This document shows, piece by piece, positions 1 to 13,021 of a stretch of DNA of 64,000 bases. The DNA is from Balanoglossus misakiensis (taxonomy: Eukaryota; Animalia; Hemichordata), in the NCBI GenBank assembly GCA_040954595.2, contig CM082588.2, positions 7,796,844 through 7,860,843 of the forward strand. The letters are read 5' to 3'. A program made the position numbers and the translations under genes. Below the pieces are notes generated by a model. It was not told the DNA's origin and ran no database searches. It saw only the letters and a program-made list of their open reading frames with translations. Within the stretch, counting starts at the first letter, position 1; each line of letters starts with the position of its first letter.

Positions 1-1381
1 TAGAGTGTATAATATTGTTCAACTTTCTCTGTATTTGTGTAGTCAGCATTTCACTTTGTATTTGTGTGATGTATTACTTTATTTGAGAACTGGATGTTCT
101 CCTTGCATTTGGACCTGAGGTCTTCAAACGCAATAAATTACTATAATTATTACGAAGGACACAATTTGTATGTAAGGAAATATGTGGAGAGTAGCAGAAT
201 ATTTATTTAAACCAAGTGACACAGTTTTGTAAGACACATTCCTGTACAGATTCAATTTAGTTCTGTTTCTAACCTCTGTCCAAAATGCCAACATTTGCTG
301 GAAATTGTATGAGACTTATCAAGTTTGGAGATGGCACAACAAGAGTTTAAATATCTTAACTCATTGTCATACATTTGCTTATTTCTATTTCTTGCTTTAC
401 TTTGTTATTTTTTTATTGAAATGTTTTTTTCTTAATTTCTTTAGAACCTGTAAATGAGACTTGTTCCAGTTGGTCTTTCTGGAAATAAATATAGTCTGAG
501 AAGAAAGCAATTCTGAAAAATCTGTTTTCTTTATTTTATTTAAAACAGAATGAATAAAAAGATCGAAAGGTTGTATTATGTAAAGCGAGGGGAAAATATT
601 GTTAAACGAATGTAAAAGTTTGACTCTAGTGCAACTAATGCAAAATATATTTAAGGGACAAAGTCTCTCTCTCGTTGCCCCTTTTTCCAATAATTAGGTT
701 AAATACAAGACACCGTTATGTTATTCTACATGCGGATATATAGTGCGTCAACGTTCGACTACACACAATTTCCATCCCACTTATTGACATGAGAGTGAAA
801 AACTCGCCAAAATGAATAATCGATCTCTATGAATTACTAAATAGAGAAATGTCTAGGAGTCTTCTCAAAACATTGTTACACATGGCCAGATCACATGACT
901 GATTGTAAAGAATATATTCATCGATATCGTCACACATATCGCTTAAAATGACGTGACTTTTTTAGATGGCATGTCTACAAAACCAAGACTGTTATCATTC
1001 AGATGTACTGAAGGCTTTTTGCTTTATATCTTCACATTTGTTCCATTAAAATCCTACACACAGTTTTACTACAATAATTATATACAATATATTGCTTTCA
1101 CATATTTTAAGAAGATGTTCTATACCCTTCACGCTTTAGCTGTACAGTGCTTTCGTCAGCGTCAAAGCCAAAATGTTAGTATTGACTCCACAAATACTGC
1201 AACCCATCCAACATTACATTTCGAAAGCTTGTTGATGAGGTCATCAACATAGACATAAATAAATATGGGAAAGTACACCTCCTTAACCTAACTACATGGA
1301 TATATAGAGGAACACCGTATTAGCATTTTGACCTATCTGAAGTCAAATGCCATGAATATTTGCAGGCGAAAACGAGGTTGA

Positions 1382-1392
1382 GGGGATTCCCC
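1382..1392 (+). promoter_or_regulatory. kappaB-like site GGGGATTCCCC upstream of NLR copy 1
   Basis: Fits GGGRNWYYCC. Also at 13321, 21530, 33577, 52396-52406 (-) and 56408, each about 470-500 bp before the ATG. Confidence 0.55.
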
Positions 1393-1848
1393 GATGATAT
1401 CACCATTACGGACAACCATATATTTCTTTTTGTTTATATGTACTTGCCTCCTAGTATTTTGCGCCAATGTCAGTGGCCTTCACATTTGAAATCGTAGCCC
1501 CCAAATATCGATTTGTTGGACTTGTCTTCCCATATGATATAAAGTAACGAGAAACTTCATCAGATTGTATCATTCTAACCACTTAACTCTAGCACTCAAA
1601 ATATTTCAAGTGACTTTCACATATACATATACATGGAATGGTAAGGCCACTGTTCCAAGCCTCTGTTAGACTGTGTGTTTGTGATTTACACACAGAGTTG
1701 GAATTTGCGCCTGGTTTTAGAAAATGTGAACATTTTAGTGTATCACCAACACTGTTCGAGTTAATCTTGGAAGTGGAGATCTTCATATATCTGCGCTCAA
1801 GTGCTTCCAGAACTGGAGTCAAGTTGTGTTTTGTGATATCGTACAAAG

Positions 1849-2767
1849 ATGGCGACCGGTGGTGCATTTTTAACTACAGCCGAGAAGGTGAATCACGCTA
1901 GACTTTGTCGACTACTTATTGACGACGGATCTAAAGCGGTGAGATGTGTATTTGACAACAAGATTCCACCTAATGTGCTTGCAAACACCCTTAACAAGCA
2001 TAAGGCATCGTTAGAGAAATTACGAATGTCGTATAAAGGACCTAATCCAGGTCAAAAGGTTATCAGTGATGGTCAGTGGGATCTGTTATACCCAACCCAA
2101 CCCAACCTTGTCAAGTCTGAACATTTCGACATTACATTGCTCATAGTTTTATTACGGAATATCTGTGGCCTTCGACGTCCAGGACATAGTGTATGGACAC
2201 ATCCCTCCCCTGGTGATCTCTGTGTTGAAGCTGATGTGGCCCGAATAAGAGAGTTCAGGAATAGACTTCAACATATGACGGGCACAGCTGTCCCTGACAG
2301 TGAATTTCAATCTTTCTGGAATGACATTAGTAAAGTATTGGTACGTCTTGGCGCTAAGCAGGGAGATATCGATCAGTTGAAGACTGCGAGTATGGACCTT
2401 GCAGAGACAGACAAATACGAACAAACTTTAAAGGACTGGGAAGAATCCGACATGGTGCTGGAAAAGTTCCTACAGCGTATGGAAGAGAAAATTGGTGATC
2501 AAACTCGTCAGCTTGATCAGATATCAGAGACACAGAGTGGCCATAGCAGTACTTTGGCTGATATCGAACAGAATCAACGGGAGAACCAACAAGAAACGAC
2601 TCAACATCTTGGTCAGATATCAGAGACACAGAGTGACCATAGCAGTACTTTGGCTGATATCGAACAGAACCAACGGGAGAACCAACAAGAAACGATTCAA
2701 CATCTGGTTGACATCAAAGAAGGCCTCAAGACTTCACATACCAGTGAGTCAAGAACATGTGTTCCAG
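1849..2767 (+). CDS. NLR-like copy 1, exon 1: DZIP3-like HEPN domain + 2 coiled-coil repeat units
   Basis: ATG 1849. Motifs NHARLCRLL, QWDLLYP, FDITLL..LLRNICGL and RIREFRNRLQH match the HEPN_DZIP3 family pattern from memory. Donor ccaG|gtaata at 2768, phase 1. Confidence 0.85.
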
Positions 2768-3530
2768 GTAATAATTAAGATTGACAAGTGGAATTCATTT
2801 CTATGGCTGAAATCGACGACATTATAGCTTTTTTTATAATTTGTATAATTTTTGGTCAAACTTAATTTTTCCTTCATGGTCTCATAAATTATATGTGCAG
2901 ATAAGAACTCATATTCCAATTTGGTCAGCTGCCTTGGGCTGACCCAGGGCCAATCTGGGTTAGCTTTTTTCATCTCAAGTCTTACCTCATAATCATACAT
3001 TGCATAGACCATCATAAGCAAGTTTTATACTTATTTTTGCAATATATGAGAATGGGAATAATCAGGAAATCAAGATAATTACAATCCCACTTTTCTGGGG
3101 AGTCCAAAATCATGTTAGGTGGTGACATGTTGGTTTTTTGCTGCCAGTTATTTTAATGCGACAAAGACTCTCTCTCACTGCCCCTTTCCCATTAATTATG
3201 TTTGATACTGTTTATGTTATTCTACATGTGGATTTATATAGTGAATCAACGTTCGACCGCACACAACTTCTATCCCACTTGTATGATATGAGAGCAACAA
3301 ATCGACGCCAAAATGAATATGGTCGAATTATGATTCACTATATATTGACATGTAGAATAACATAAACAGTGTCTTGTATCAAACATAATTAATGGAAAAA
3401 GGGCAGCGAGAAAGAGACTTTAATGTCCCTTTAATGGCGACATCATGGTTGCTTAGTTTGAAAAAAAAGATTCTGTTGCACACCACCATTAAAAATAATT
3501 TTTTCTATAAATTCTCTCCTTTATCTCAAG

Positions 3531-3662
3531 ATGCTTCCTGTGCTTGGTGCAACTGTAAGAGTGATAATCTCAAGAAGTTTATACGCTGTTGTGAAGTGAT
3601 GTATTGTGGGAAAGACTGCCAGGAACAACACTGGAGGAAAGGTCACAGAGAAGAATGCAAAG
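3531..3662 (+). CDS. NLR-like copy 1, exon 2: zf-MYND zinc finger (132 bp, phase 1-1)
   Basis: Acceptor tctcaag|, donor aaaG|gtacaa. Encodes CAWC..FIRCCEVMYCGKDCQEQHWRKGHREEC. Confidence 0.75.
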
Positions 3663-4281
3663 GTACAATTGATCATTTTCTGAACTCCACGTGACCCCAC
3701 GAGATTTCACGTAGCTAAGCAATTTATATGGGAGGACATTCCCCTGGCACAGGGCAAACAAGTAACACATGTCCTGCCATATTCAATGGCACAAACAATT
3801 TCCTTTTTTGTTAAACTCTGCACCTATACTTATTTCTTAACTACCAAACCGTTGCTATAGTAATTAACCAAGTCTCAGGAGATTTCTCAATGAGATGGAA
3901 ATCATCATTGTTAAAGTCTGAACCTATATTCCAGTTACATACCAAGCTAGATAGTATGAAAATATTCACAAACACCTTTTAGTACATGTAAGAACTTATA
4001 AATAAGAAACTGAAAATTTCCATGTTTCACGCATAATGTTTGTATTCTCATGTGCAGAGCTGTCTGTCAAAAATCTGGGGTTGATCGCAACATGAGCCTG
4101 CCTATGTGGAACACAATATGTGGTTCATATACTACGGTAGTTGTGGCTCATAATACTTCTAGTATACCATATGTAACCCCTGACTATATTATAATGATGT
4201 TTTACAGCTTGTGAAAATAAACAGCAACTATCTGCAATACAAAAGTCATACTATCAATATTTCATTGTTTTTTTCTTACAG

Positions 4282-7181
4282 ATAATTCTGCAGGGTTTGA
4301 GTGGCTTAAAGACTATCTCAAAGGATTGTACAGCCATGACTTTGACAAGTTCCAACCATTGCCATGGAATGAAAACTTCTCACTCCATTTATCTGATGTC
4401 TATACCCGACTGAAGATGGTAGAGGTTGATGAAAGGGGTAAGATCATTAAGGACAATGAAGAAAATGACAATGTAGTTCATGAGAGTGCAATATTTGAAG
4501 AGATCATTGAGGACAATGAAGAAAATGACACTGTTGTTCATGAAAGTGCAATATTTGAAGCAGATAGAAAAGGAGTGAGACCATGTAGAATAAAAATTGA
4601 AGGACCTCCAGCTATTGGCAAGTCAATGTTTAGTAGAAAACTGGCCTACAACTGGGCTTGTGGAAAATTAGAGCAATTAAAATTAGTCTTTCTGTTGGAA
4701 ATGAGATATATGAGTAAAGAATCAATCATAGAAACCATATTTGATCAATTACTTCCTGATGATGCAGAAATTTCCAGAGATGAGCTTGACAAGGTTCTGA
4801 AAAGGAATGCAGATTCTGTGCTGTTCCTCTGTGATGGTTTGGATGAAATGTGTAAGGATTTCAAGGAAAGTTCTGATATTAGTGGGATTATTGCAAAGAA
4901 ATTATTGCCAAGATGTACAGTAGCTATCACAACCAGGCCCCATGAATGTGACACACAGTTGAAAAACTGTGATTCACATTATCACATACAGGGCTTCACA
5001 AAGAGTGATTGTAGGGAATATATCATGAAGTACTTCAAGCATGAGTCTGAGACTGGTGAGAATTTGATCACAAATTTAGAACAAAACCTCCAGTTTGAGT
5101 GGTTGGATGATTTCCTTAGTAATCCCTTACATGTTTCATTTCTTTGTGTACTGTGGGAGGATCATCAAGATGGTGATTATTTCCCAACTAGAGTGACAGA
5201 GTTGTATTTTGAAGTATTGCAGTGTATTTTGAAGAGGTATTGTTCCAAGACTGGAGTCAGTCTTGATGAACAAGGAGAAGTACCCATTGGTATCATGGCT
5301 GATGTAAATAAACTGGCTGCCATTGCTTATAATTATCTGAAACATGGCAAAATACTCATAAATGAGGTAGATGTGATGCCAACATGGCTCTTGTCACTAG
5401 GGTTACTTGTGCGTGATTGCGGTGTATCTCGCACAAAACCAAAGAAAGTTTGTTTCTTCTGTCACAAAACTTGGCTGGAATATTTTGCTGCTTTACATAT
5501 TGCTGAATGTGTGAAGGATACTGCTTCCTTTGATGAGTTTCAATTTCTATCTGACAACATTTGGTACAATTTCCAAGTCTTGGTATTTCTGACTGGCACT
5601 CTGAAGGAGAAAGCTGGTCCAGTATTTAAGGAAATTGGGATGGAGACGTGCAAGTCTACAGATGGTGCTGGCTTTGAGTTTAGAATGAACAGATATATAG
5701 CTTTCTTACATGAAAGTGTCAATTATCATGCATTTTTCAAATTCATAGAACCCATCATTTATCAATTTAAGTGTTTCGTTTTAACACTTTCACTTTATTT
5801 AATACCAAGACCTATAGTTATCAATGCTTTGTCTTCACCATCACCATACATTGCAAGTGACGATTTGAATTTGCTTCCATTGTTTTATAAAGATAGTTAC
5901 TTGATGATAATCCTTGATATACTGAAGTATATACACAAACATGAAAGTATACCTAAATGTGATAACGATCTCCAGTTAGATATAAACCAAATGCAATCAT
6001 CAGAGATTTCCTATTTGGCACAGGCACTGGAGAAGAATCTTATTTCTCTTGAATGGCTTGTGTTGTATGTGACTTCATCCAATGACAAGAATCTGCTTCA
6101 GTTGGCAAAAGCTATCAGAGAAACCAAAGCGGTACAAAACATTCGTATCATTGTAGAGGATAGGGATAATGTTGTTGACAGCACTCCCAATGAAAGATGT
6201 AAGCAAGGCACCTCAAATAAAGAAACAGATTTGACATCATGCACTTTAAGAAACCTTATCGAAAATGCTGTGAAAAACAAGTATATTGATTGTTTGTCAT
6301 TGCATACAGTACAGCTGTCTGACCATCAATGGGAGGAAATTGATAACATTGTTCCATATAAGTCATTCGAACAGGCCAGGCACTTTCATAATATTGTGGA
6401 AACCAAAACAGGTGTAAATAGCGTATTATTGAAAGTTGCTGATATGCTTGAACACTTTCAATCTACCAAGGTTTGTCATTTTGTACATTTTGATTACAGA
6501 TATTCTCCCATTGAGGGCAGTACTGCAAGAGCTTTGTTAAAAGCTGTTCAAAATATCAGCAAAACAATTAAATCTCTTGGCTTGTCAGTCACATCAGAAT
6601 ATGTAAAGATACCTTGTATAGTTCCATCTGGATCATTGCCAATTTCTGATGTTGCGAATGAGATTTTACACATTTTGATGTCTAACACCACATTAGAGGA
6701 TCTTAAGTTATTTATAGAGAATGAAAATGTTGATGCTGTATTGAAGTTTATTCGATGTAATAAGTATGTCAAGTCACTGTCCTTTGCTCTGTATCAGTTC
6801 GAAATGAGCACAGACCATTTATGTTCAGCTCTATGTGCTGCTTTGAGTTCCAATACAACTCTGGAAAGCTTTGCGCTGGAGTTTTGTGATGAGACAGATG
6901 CAATCTACAGTAGCACTGAACTTTCCACTGAGCATAAGTATATTATTAATGAATTGATTTTACCAACACATAGTCGATTGTGTGTTGGAATTATAACCCC
7001 ATTGAAGTGTATTTCATTAACTTTTCTATCATCAAGTCCAGAACGCTGGGATGATATTGTCAATGTCATGACCGAGTATTTTAAAGGAAATGTTTCAGGG
7101 TCGTACCAATACACTGTGAAGAAGCAGATCTGGTATCGTGTGTATATTCACATTCTTAAAGTATCGATCAGTGAACCCTAG
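4282..7181 (+). CDS. NLR-like copy 1, exon 3: NACHT NTPase + helical domains + degenerate LRR (spliced product about 1316 aa)
   Basis: Acceptor ttcttacag|, phase 1, in frame with ORF 4326-7181. Walker A GPPAIGKS, Walker B LFLCDGLDE, sensor-1 ITTRP, NPL, WHD FCHKTWLEYFAA, NxxLxxLxL repeats. Confidence 0.9.
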
Positions 7182-7424
7182 AGAATTATAAATGCCATAT
7201 TTGCATAAGATGCATTCTGCTATATAGGGGAAACTCCGTGAAAAATTGTAAACTTTAATTTTTTTTACATACACTTAATTTAAGGTACAGATATAAATAT
7301 ACCAGACTATACTATAGACATCAATGCTTGCACAGTTAGACAAACTGACAAGAGATTTTCAACATACTGTATCCAGATGGAAATATAATCAATTTACTAA
7401 GGACACACAAAGTGAACAAATAAA

Positions 7425-8121
7425 CAGAATTTGATTTGTTCACTTTATAACAGTACTAGAATCAAATATCTACCAAACAGTGTTTTTCTTGACCGGAACT
7501 ATGACAAATTCAAAAGGCTTATGAGTTCCACAGATTTACAGGTATTATTGAATATTTGCAAGTATGTTTATAAAGCTATGGCTGTGAGAAGAACAGCCAC
7601 TCATAGGATGAATAATATTGTTCAACTTTCTTTGTATTTGTGTAGTCAGCATTCAATTTGTATTTGTGTGATGTATTAGTTTATTTGAGAACTGGATGTT
7701 CTCCTTGCATTTGGACCTGAGGTCTTGAAATGCAATAAATTACTATTATTATTACTGGCTGTGAGAAGAGCAGCCACTTGCCACTCATAGAGTGTATAAT
7801 ATTGTTCAACTTTCTTTGTATTTGTGTAGTCAGCATTCAATTTGTATTTGTGTGATGTATTACTTTATTTGAGAACTGGTAGTTCTCCTTGCATTTGGAC
7901 CTGAGGTCTTCAAACGCAATAAATTACTTTTATTATTACTGGCTGTGAGAAGAGCAGCCACTTGCCACTCATAGAGTGTATAATATTGTTCAACTTTCTT
8001 TGTATTTGTGTAGTCAGCATTCAATTTGTATTTGTGTGATGTATTACTTTATTTGAGAACTGGTAGTTCTCCTTGCATTTGGACCTGAGGTCTTCAAACG
8101 CAATAAATTACTATTATTATT
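7425..8121 (+). repeat. Probable LINE 3'-end remnant whose ~184-bp terminal unit is tandemly repeated (3 units)
   Basis: C.LY...RIKYL...KFKRLMSS..KYVYKAM resembles non-LTR ORF2 ends; each unit ends caataaattac(tat)n. Found after every NLR copy. Confidence 0.6.
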
Positions 8122-8727
8122 ACCAAGGACACAATTTGTATGTAAGGAAATATGCAGAGAGTAGCAGAATATTTATTTAAACCAAGTGACACACTTTTGT
8201 AAGACACATTCCTGTACAGATTCAATTTAGATCTGTTTCTAACCTCTGTGCAAAATGCCAACATTTGCTGGAAATTGTACGATACTTATCAAGTTTGGAG
8301 ATGGCACAACAAAAGTTTATATATCTTAACTCATTGTTATGCATTTTTTTCTTTGCTTTATCTTTTCATTGAAATGTTTTGTCTTAATTTTTATAGGACC
8401 TGTAAATAAGACTTGTTCCAGTTGGTCTTTCTGGAAATAAATAAAGTCTGAGGAGACACCATTTCTGAAAAATCCATTTGCTTTATTTGGTCTAAACTAC
8501 AGTTTTTTTGGGGTTGACAAATGAAATACACTTGTATTGCAAAATGGTATTTTTTGGTGCACATTCAACGCAGAAACAGTTGACCTTGGAAATCTTTATT
8601 TGATTTCCAACAAATTTTCTCAAAAAACAACAGAAAATACTAGTTGTAGGTATTTGGATGTTTTCTCATGCCATCTCTTAAAAATTCTCAAAAAAAGAAG
8701 AGATACCGTCGTATAAAACTGTGTTAA

Positions 8728-8900
8728 AGGTATACAGTCACCTCCAATTTAAATACGCCCATGTATGGCTGAAATGGCGCATTTGAGTGTTCTAAAAAAC
8801 ATATGGTGGCGCTGTTTTTTTTTCGCGTGTGCCACCCACTGAAAATCTGTGATTGGCTAGATCTCAATTTGCCATGGTAACTGTAGCTAACTGTATACCT
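8728..8900. mobile_element. TTAA-flanked MITE (Kolobok/piggyBac-like)
   Basis: ttaa|aggtatacag...ctgtatacct|ttaa; copies at 28697-28866, 54307-54481, 63176-63344. Confidence 0.7.
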
Positions 8901-10759
8901 TTAATTACTTGAGCTGCCACAAGATTGCCTCAGTGTTTTTGCTAAGGCCGGGAAACACTGGTAAATGAGTTGGGAACCCTGGTAACGCTTCTGCTAGCTA
9001 CCAATATGACTGCATTGACATACAAAGAAGAACTCTGGTAACATTTATCTGGCTACTGCCCTTAACAAAATCACTGCACTTTCTCTGCTATTTCAGTCCA
9101 AAGAACAATTACACCAGGAAAAATAGGTGTGTCAATTAACGTCTTAAAAATAGAAAACATTGCAAGGGTTTCCTGAGCTAGTCCCTTCTCAGGTCAAAAA
9201 TGAAGTGGCGTAAATTTTTTTCTCCCAAATGGGGGACTGGTGGTGTTCCTTCGGTAAAACGAAAAACAATTCTGGCTCCTCCCATCATTTGTGTACTTGT
9301 ACGCACAGTCCAACATATATTTCAGTCTTCTGTACATCTGCAAGAGAAAAAGAAATGTATTCAAAGTCCATGAGCCGTACGTTTAGGATTTTTTGAAATT
9401 ATTGAGATCTTTGTATCAAGAACAGTTTCTCCTCAACCGATTTAAACATCATGAAATGCTCACTGTTTATCAACACAGTTCATGTCTGTGCTTGCAGTCA
9501 GCATTGTTTGTTTGTGAACACTTGAATTCATTTCTCCAGAAACACTTACCACCAGTATTACTTGTACACAGACTATGTTGACAAGCAGAACACTTTTTAG
9601 CATGATGAAAATGTAGTCAAATTATAAAAAGCTAATGCCCAATTAAAAAGTATTAGACAATGGCGTACACTTGAGTATTTTTATGTACATGAATGTCTCA
9701 AATAAACACAAGGTAGCTTTCAACCTTGTAGCTTTCATCACACTGGAGTTGACCCTTGACCTTACAGGGGAATTTTAAGAACACTGCGCGTATAAGAACA
9801 CTACAAGGCGATTTTCGAGCGTAAAGATCAATTTTCTGCGACTCAGCACCACACATAATGCCGATAATAATATTGTGGGGAATAGAAGGTTCCCGTGTTC
9901 CCAGCTACAAATGATTTGTTTGGGATTATTTTTCTATCGCGTAGGATTCTTAGAGAAAGCTTCTTAGTGATATACGCTTCAATTGAAAGAATCTTACAGG
10001 ACACTTGCATCAGATTCAGGGTGGGAGGGGGGAGGGTGGTATTCTTCGACGGGCTTTCACTGTAATTACATCAGTCCATTCACATGTGGAGTTCGTGACA
10101 ACATACTTTTAATATGGACCGAACCCAACCCATCAGTTTGGCCAAATTAATAGGTGTTCTATGAGTAGCGACTAAAGATTAAAAGAGATAAAAAATGCAA
10201 ATTTGAAAAATAATATGCCAGTTTTTAGGTACAGTGTTTTTTTATAATCACAAATTAAAGCTCTGTACCTAAATTATAGCACCATTCACCCTACAGACTG
10301 AAACCTGACCACTTCTACCTCATAATCCCCCGTTTTGAAAGTAAAACATATTTCATATACTGAATAACTTTTATGATAACATTTTGTCTTAAATGTAGGT
10401 GTATTTACATCAATACAAACTCAAAAATAAGGGTACTCCTACTACTTGTTTGAATTCTAATGATACAAGAGAACTACTGTATAAGAATACCAATTAAATA
10501 ATGTACTATCATACTCGAAAACTTTTTTTCACTCTCTCCGCATTCTTCATGATTTTTTTTTTAAATTTTCTGAGATTCTCTTTACTACGTTTACAGCTAA
10601 AGTACAATGTATGAAGCCATGTTGATATACCCAGAGGCTGTATGTTGTAATCTTTTATCTTATCAAGTACAGCTAGTTGTCCTTCATTACAAATTAAAAC
10701 AAAGGATCAGATAGTCCGTATGTAAATGAGGCCATCAACGCTCATCTATTTTCAGCCCC

Positions 10760-10847
10760 TGACGTCATCGGTGTTCCCCCCTGCATGCCCTGATGTGATT
10801 GGCTATTGATGACGTGTTCTCTGTGTTGCTAAATTTAGTGCTATAAA
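10760..10847 (+). promoter_or_regulatory. Putative Pol II promoter of the AAC4-like gene: CRE (TGACGTCA), reverse CCAAT, TATAAA
   Basis: Motifs at 10760, 10798 and 10842; also present in the copies near 30281 and 55858. Confidence 0.5.
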
Positions 10848-11003
10848 CAAACACTCTGCAATCATGTGCAATATATTGAGGAATCGTAGTACGGACAGCT
10901 GATCACCGCTAAAAGCATGTAGATTGTATTTGGTGCATTTCCCAGTTGAGCTGATGTATTACTAAACATATGTAGAAGAAATTTACGGCCCGGGTAACGA
11001 TGA

Positions 11004-12478
11004 CAACTGCCGCTAGACGAACGAGCCAACACCGGAAGACGCATCGACGGAGTTTTAACGGGTTCCACCCGACCCGTCCGCCGAAGACGCAGACGTGTCG
11101 TCGATGCTTTCTTCGCCGATGAACGAAACGCGAGTCGCCAGAAGTTATCACACGCAAGACAACATTCGCCTCCACCACTAAACCTCTACCTTGGCGACAA
11201 CTTTGCCGTCAAGCTTCACGACTTGTTCAAATTTGAGAAACACGTCACGAACAACATTGAAGGTGGTTTGATACGCTGTGAGTTTGAAGCGAGGAGTGGA
11301 TTTGATGAGATGAAGCTATCGGAGCAAGCGGAGAGAATTTACACCAGTCCAAACGCCGGTGGAAATTCAGTTGAGTCCGAAGTACTGAGGTAATATTTTT
11401 ACATGCCATGGAAAAGTGAAAGAAATCCACACACAAAAATTCTAAGCAGGATGTTGAGATTCCGCTGTGAATTGCCAGTCGAAATAAATAATTACAGCTA
11501 TTTTCATTTTTTTTGTCTGAAAATCTGCGTTTATTCGTTTTTTTACCTCCAAAACTTACGAATGGAGACCACAATGAACTGAGTTCGTTTGGATCGTGCA
11601 GCAACTAAATGTAAAGAAAACGGCGTGTTTTTAATGTTTCTAAAAACGACCGTTTTGAGGGCTAAAAGTGGTCAAAATGGCAATTTTGTCTTAAAGTGGA
11701 GTCAGTAAGACTTTTTTTCGAATCAACACCAGTTTCAACTTAGAACGGACTTAAGCTTCCCAAACCTTCTATACAAAATTATGTTTAATCTACAATGTAG
11801 TTATATTTAATCTAATTTGATTTATCTATTTCTAAGAAATGCCATGTTTTCCAAAAGTACATGACAACTTGAAATTGCAACAAACTTGTTAGTATCACTG
11901 TTTATATCTATAATAGTAAAATTGTATTTCCCCCTGTTTTACCCCCGACAGTTTTGAACTGCTGAAGCGCTGTTTTAGAGCAAGATTGCTGAAGACGGAG
12001 ATGGAAGTCAATTATTTCCCATACGGCGGATCCATCACCGACTACACCTGCCATATGTTTGACACCAAATTGGGCGTGTCGGTCACCAGGGCGATGAAGT
12101 TCAAAGGTCAATACGAAACGGAGGACGCGGAGAAACTACTGAGAAAGAAATTACAGGGTGAGAAACAAGAATTATTCAGATAGTAAGAAATGGTACGGAG
12201 TTTATAAAAAAAACCAAGCAATTATTTTACTTAATACTAATCTAATTCTTCTCGTATCATTTTTAGGTATTACCATGGCAACGAGAAATTCCTTAGAAGG
12301 CTGGTCCAAGCAAATATTACACGTGTGGGCTGCCTCCGCTCACATTGCGAACACTGTCGCGGACGTTTACTACAGACTGTCGAGGGATATAACCTCAAAC
12401 ACGGTAGTTTTAATCACAACAGCTAGCAGACGATCTAGTATATTCAGCAACTCGACAAACACCCGGGGAAGAGCCTAA
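11004..12478 (+). CDS. AAC4-like protein (AAC-rich mRNA clone AAC4 family), 3 exons: ?-11389, 11952-12157, 12267-12478; start codon uncertain
   Basis: Spliced translation PNAGGNSVESEVLS|FELLKRCFRARLLKTEMEVNYFPYGGSITDY..LGVSVTRAMKF..KKLQ|GITMATRNSLEGWSKQILHVWA. Splice phases (2, 1) are consistent. Family recognised from memory. Confidence 0.7.
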
Positions 12479-12873
12479 TTCTTAAAACCCGGCGACGGTT
12501 GATTTCAGAGGCGATTTCAAACGGTTGCAAATAACGAGAAAGACTTTTAATCAGACTCGTAATCGCACAGCGAAATTTGATAATGTTATTATAAAATATA
12601 ATAGTTATATTATATCTGTACACGTACGTAAGGACGAAATTGTTTTCTGAAGACATGAATTTGAAAGACATGCTTTTGTTTTATTATAGTAAATTGTATA
12701 AAACGTGGTATCATTATGAATCAATATTTCTAAGATCTTTTTCTACTTCTTTCATTCATTCGATTTAGGATAAGTTTTTCGTTTCGCTTATTTACGGGAT
12801 GTTTAGTGCGACTGAGATGTGAAAACATTGTGGGTTTGTGTTTACGTCCAATGGTGTGCATCACGAACACTGA

Positions 12874-12875
<2 letters not shown>

Positions 12876-12918
<43 letters not shown>

Positions 12919-13021
12919 GATAGAGAGAGTGAGCAAAAGAGAGAGAGAGAGAGAGAGAGAGAGCAAAAGAGAGAGAGAGAGCGCAAAAGAGAGAGAGAGA
13001 GCAAAAGAGAGAGAGAGAGAG
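12876..13021. repeat. (GA)n microsatellite
   Basis: Directly visible; shorter paralogue at 33156-33209. Confidence 0.95.

Noticed and set aside
4326-4328. TTG 'starts' of the NACHT ORFs (and upstream starts of the MYND ORFs) as independent genes
   Set aside because: A conserved polypyrimidine-AG acceptor 44 bp upstream, in matching phase, explains them as internal exons.
9190-9355. Possible minus-strand exon after a strong acceptor (also near 63800)
   Set aside because: Short reading frames and no recognisable domain; probably a repeat remnant.
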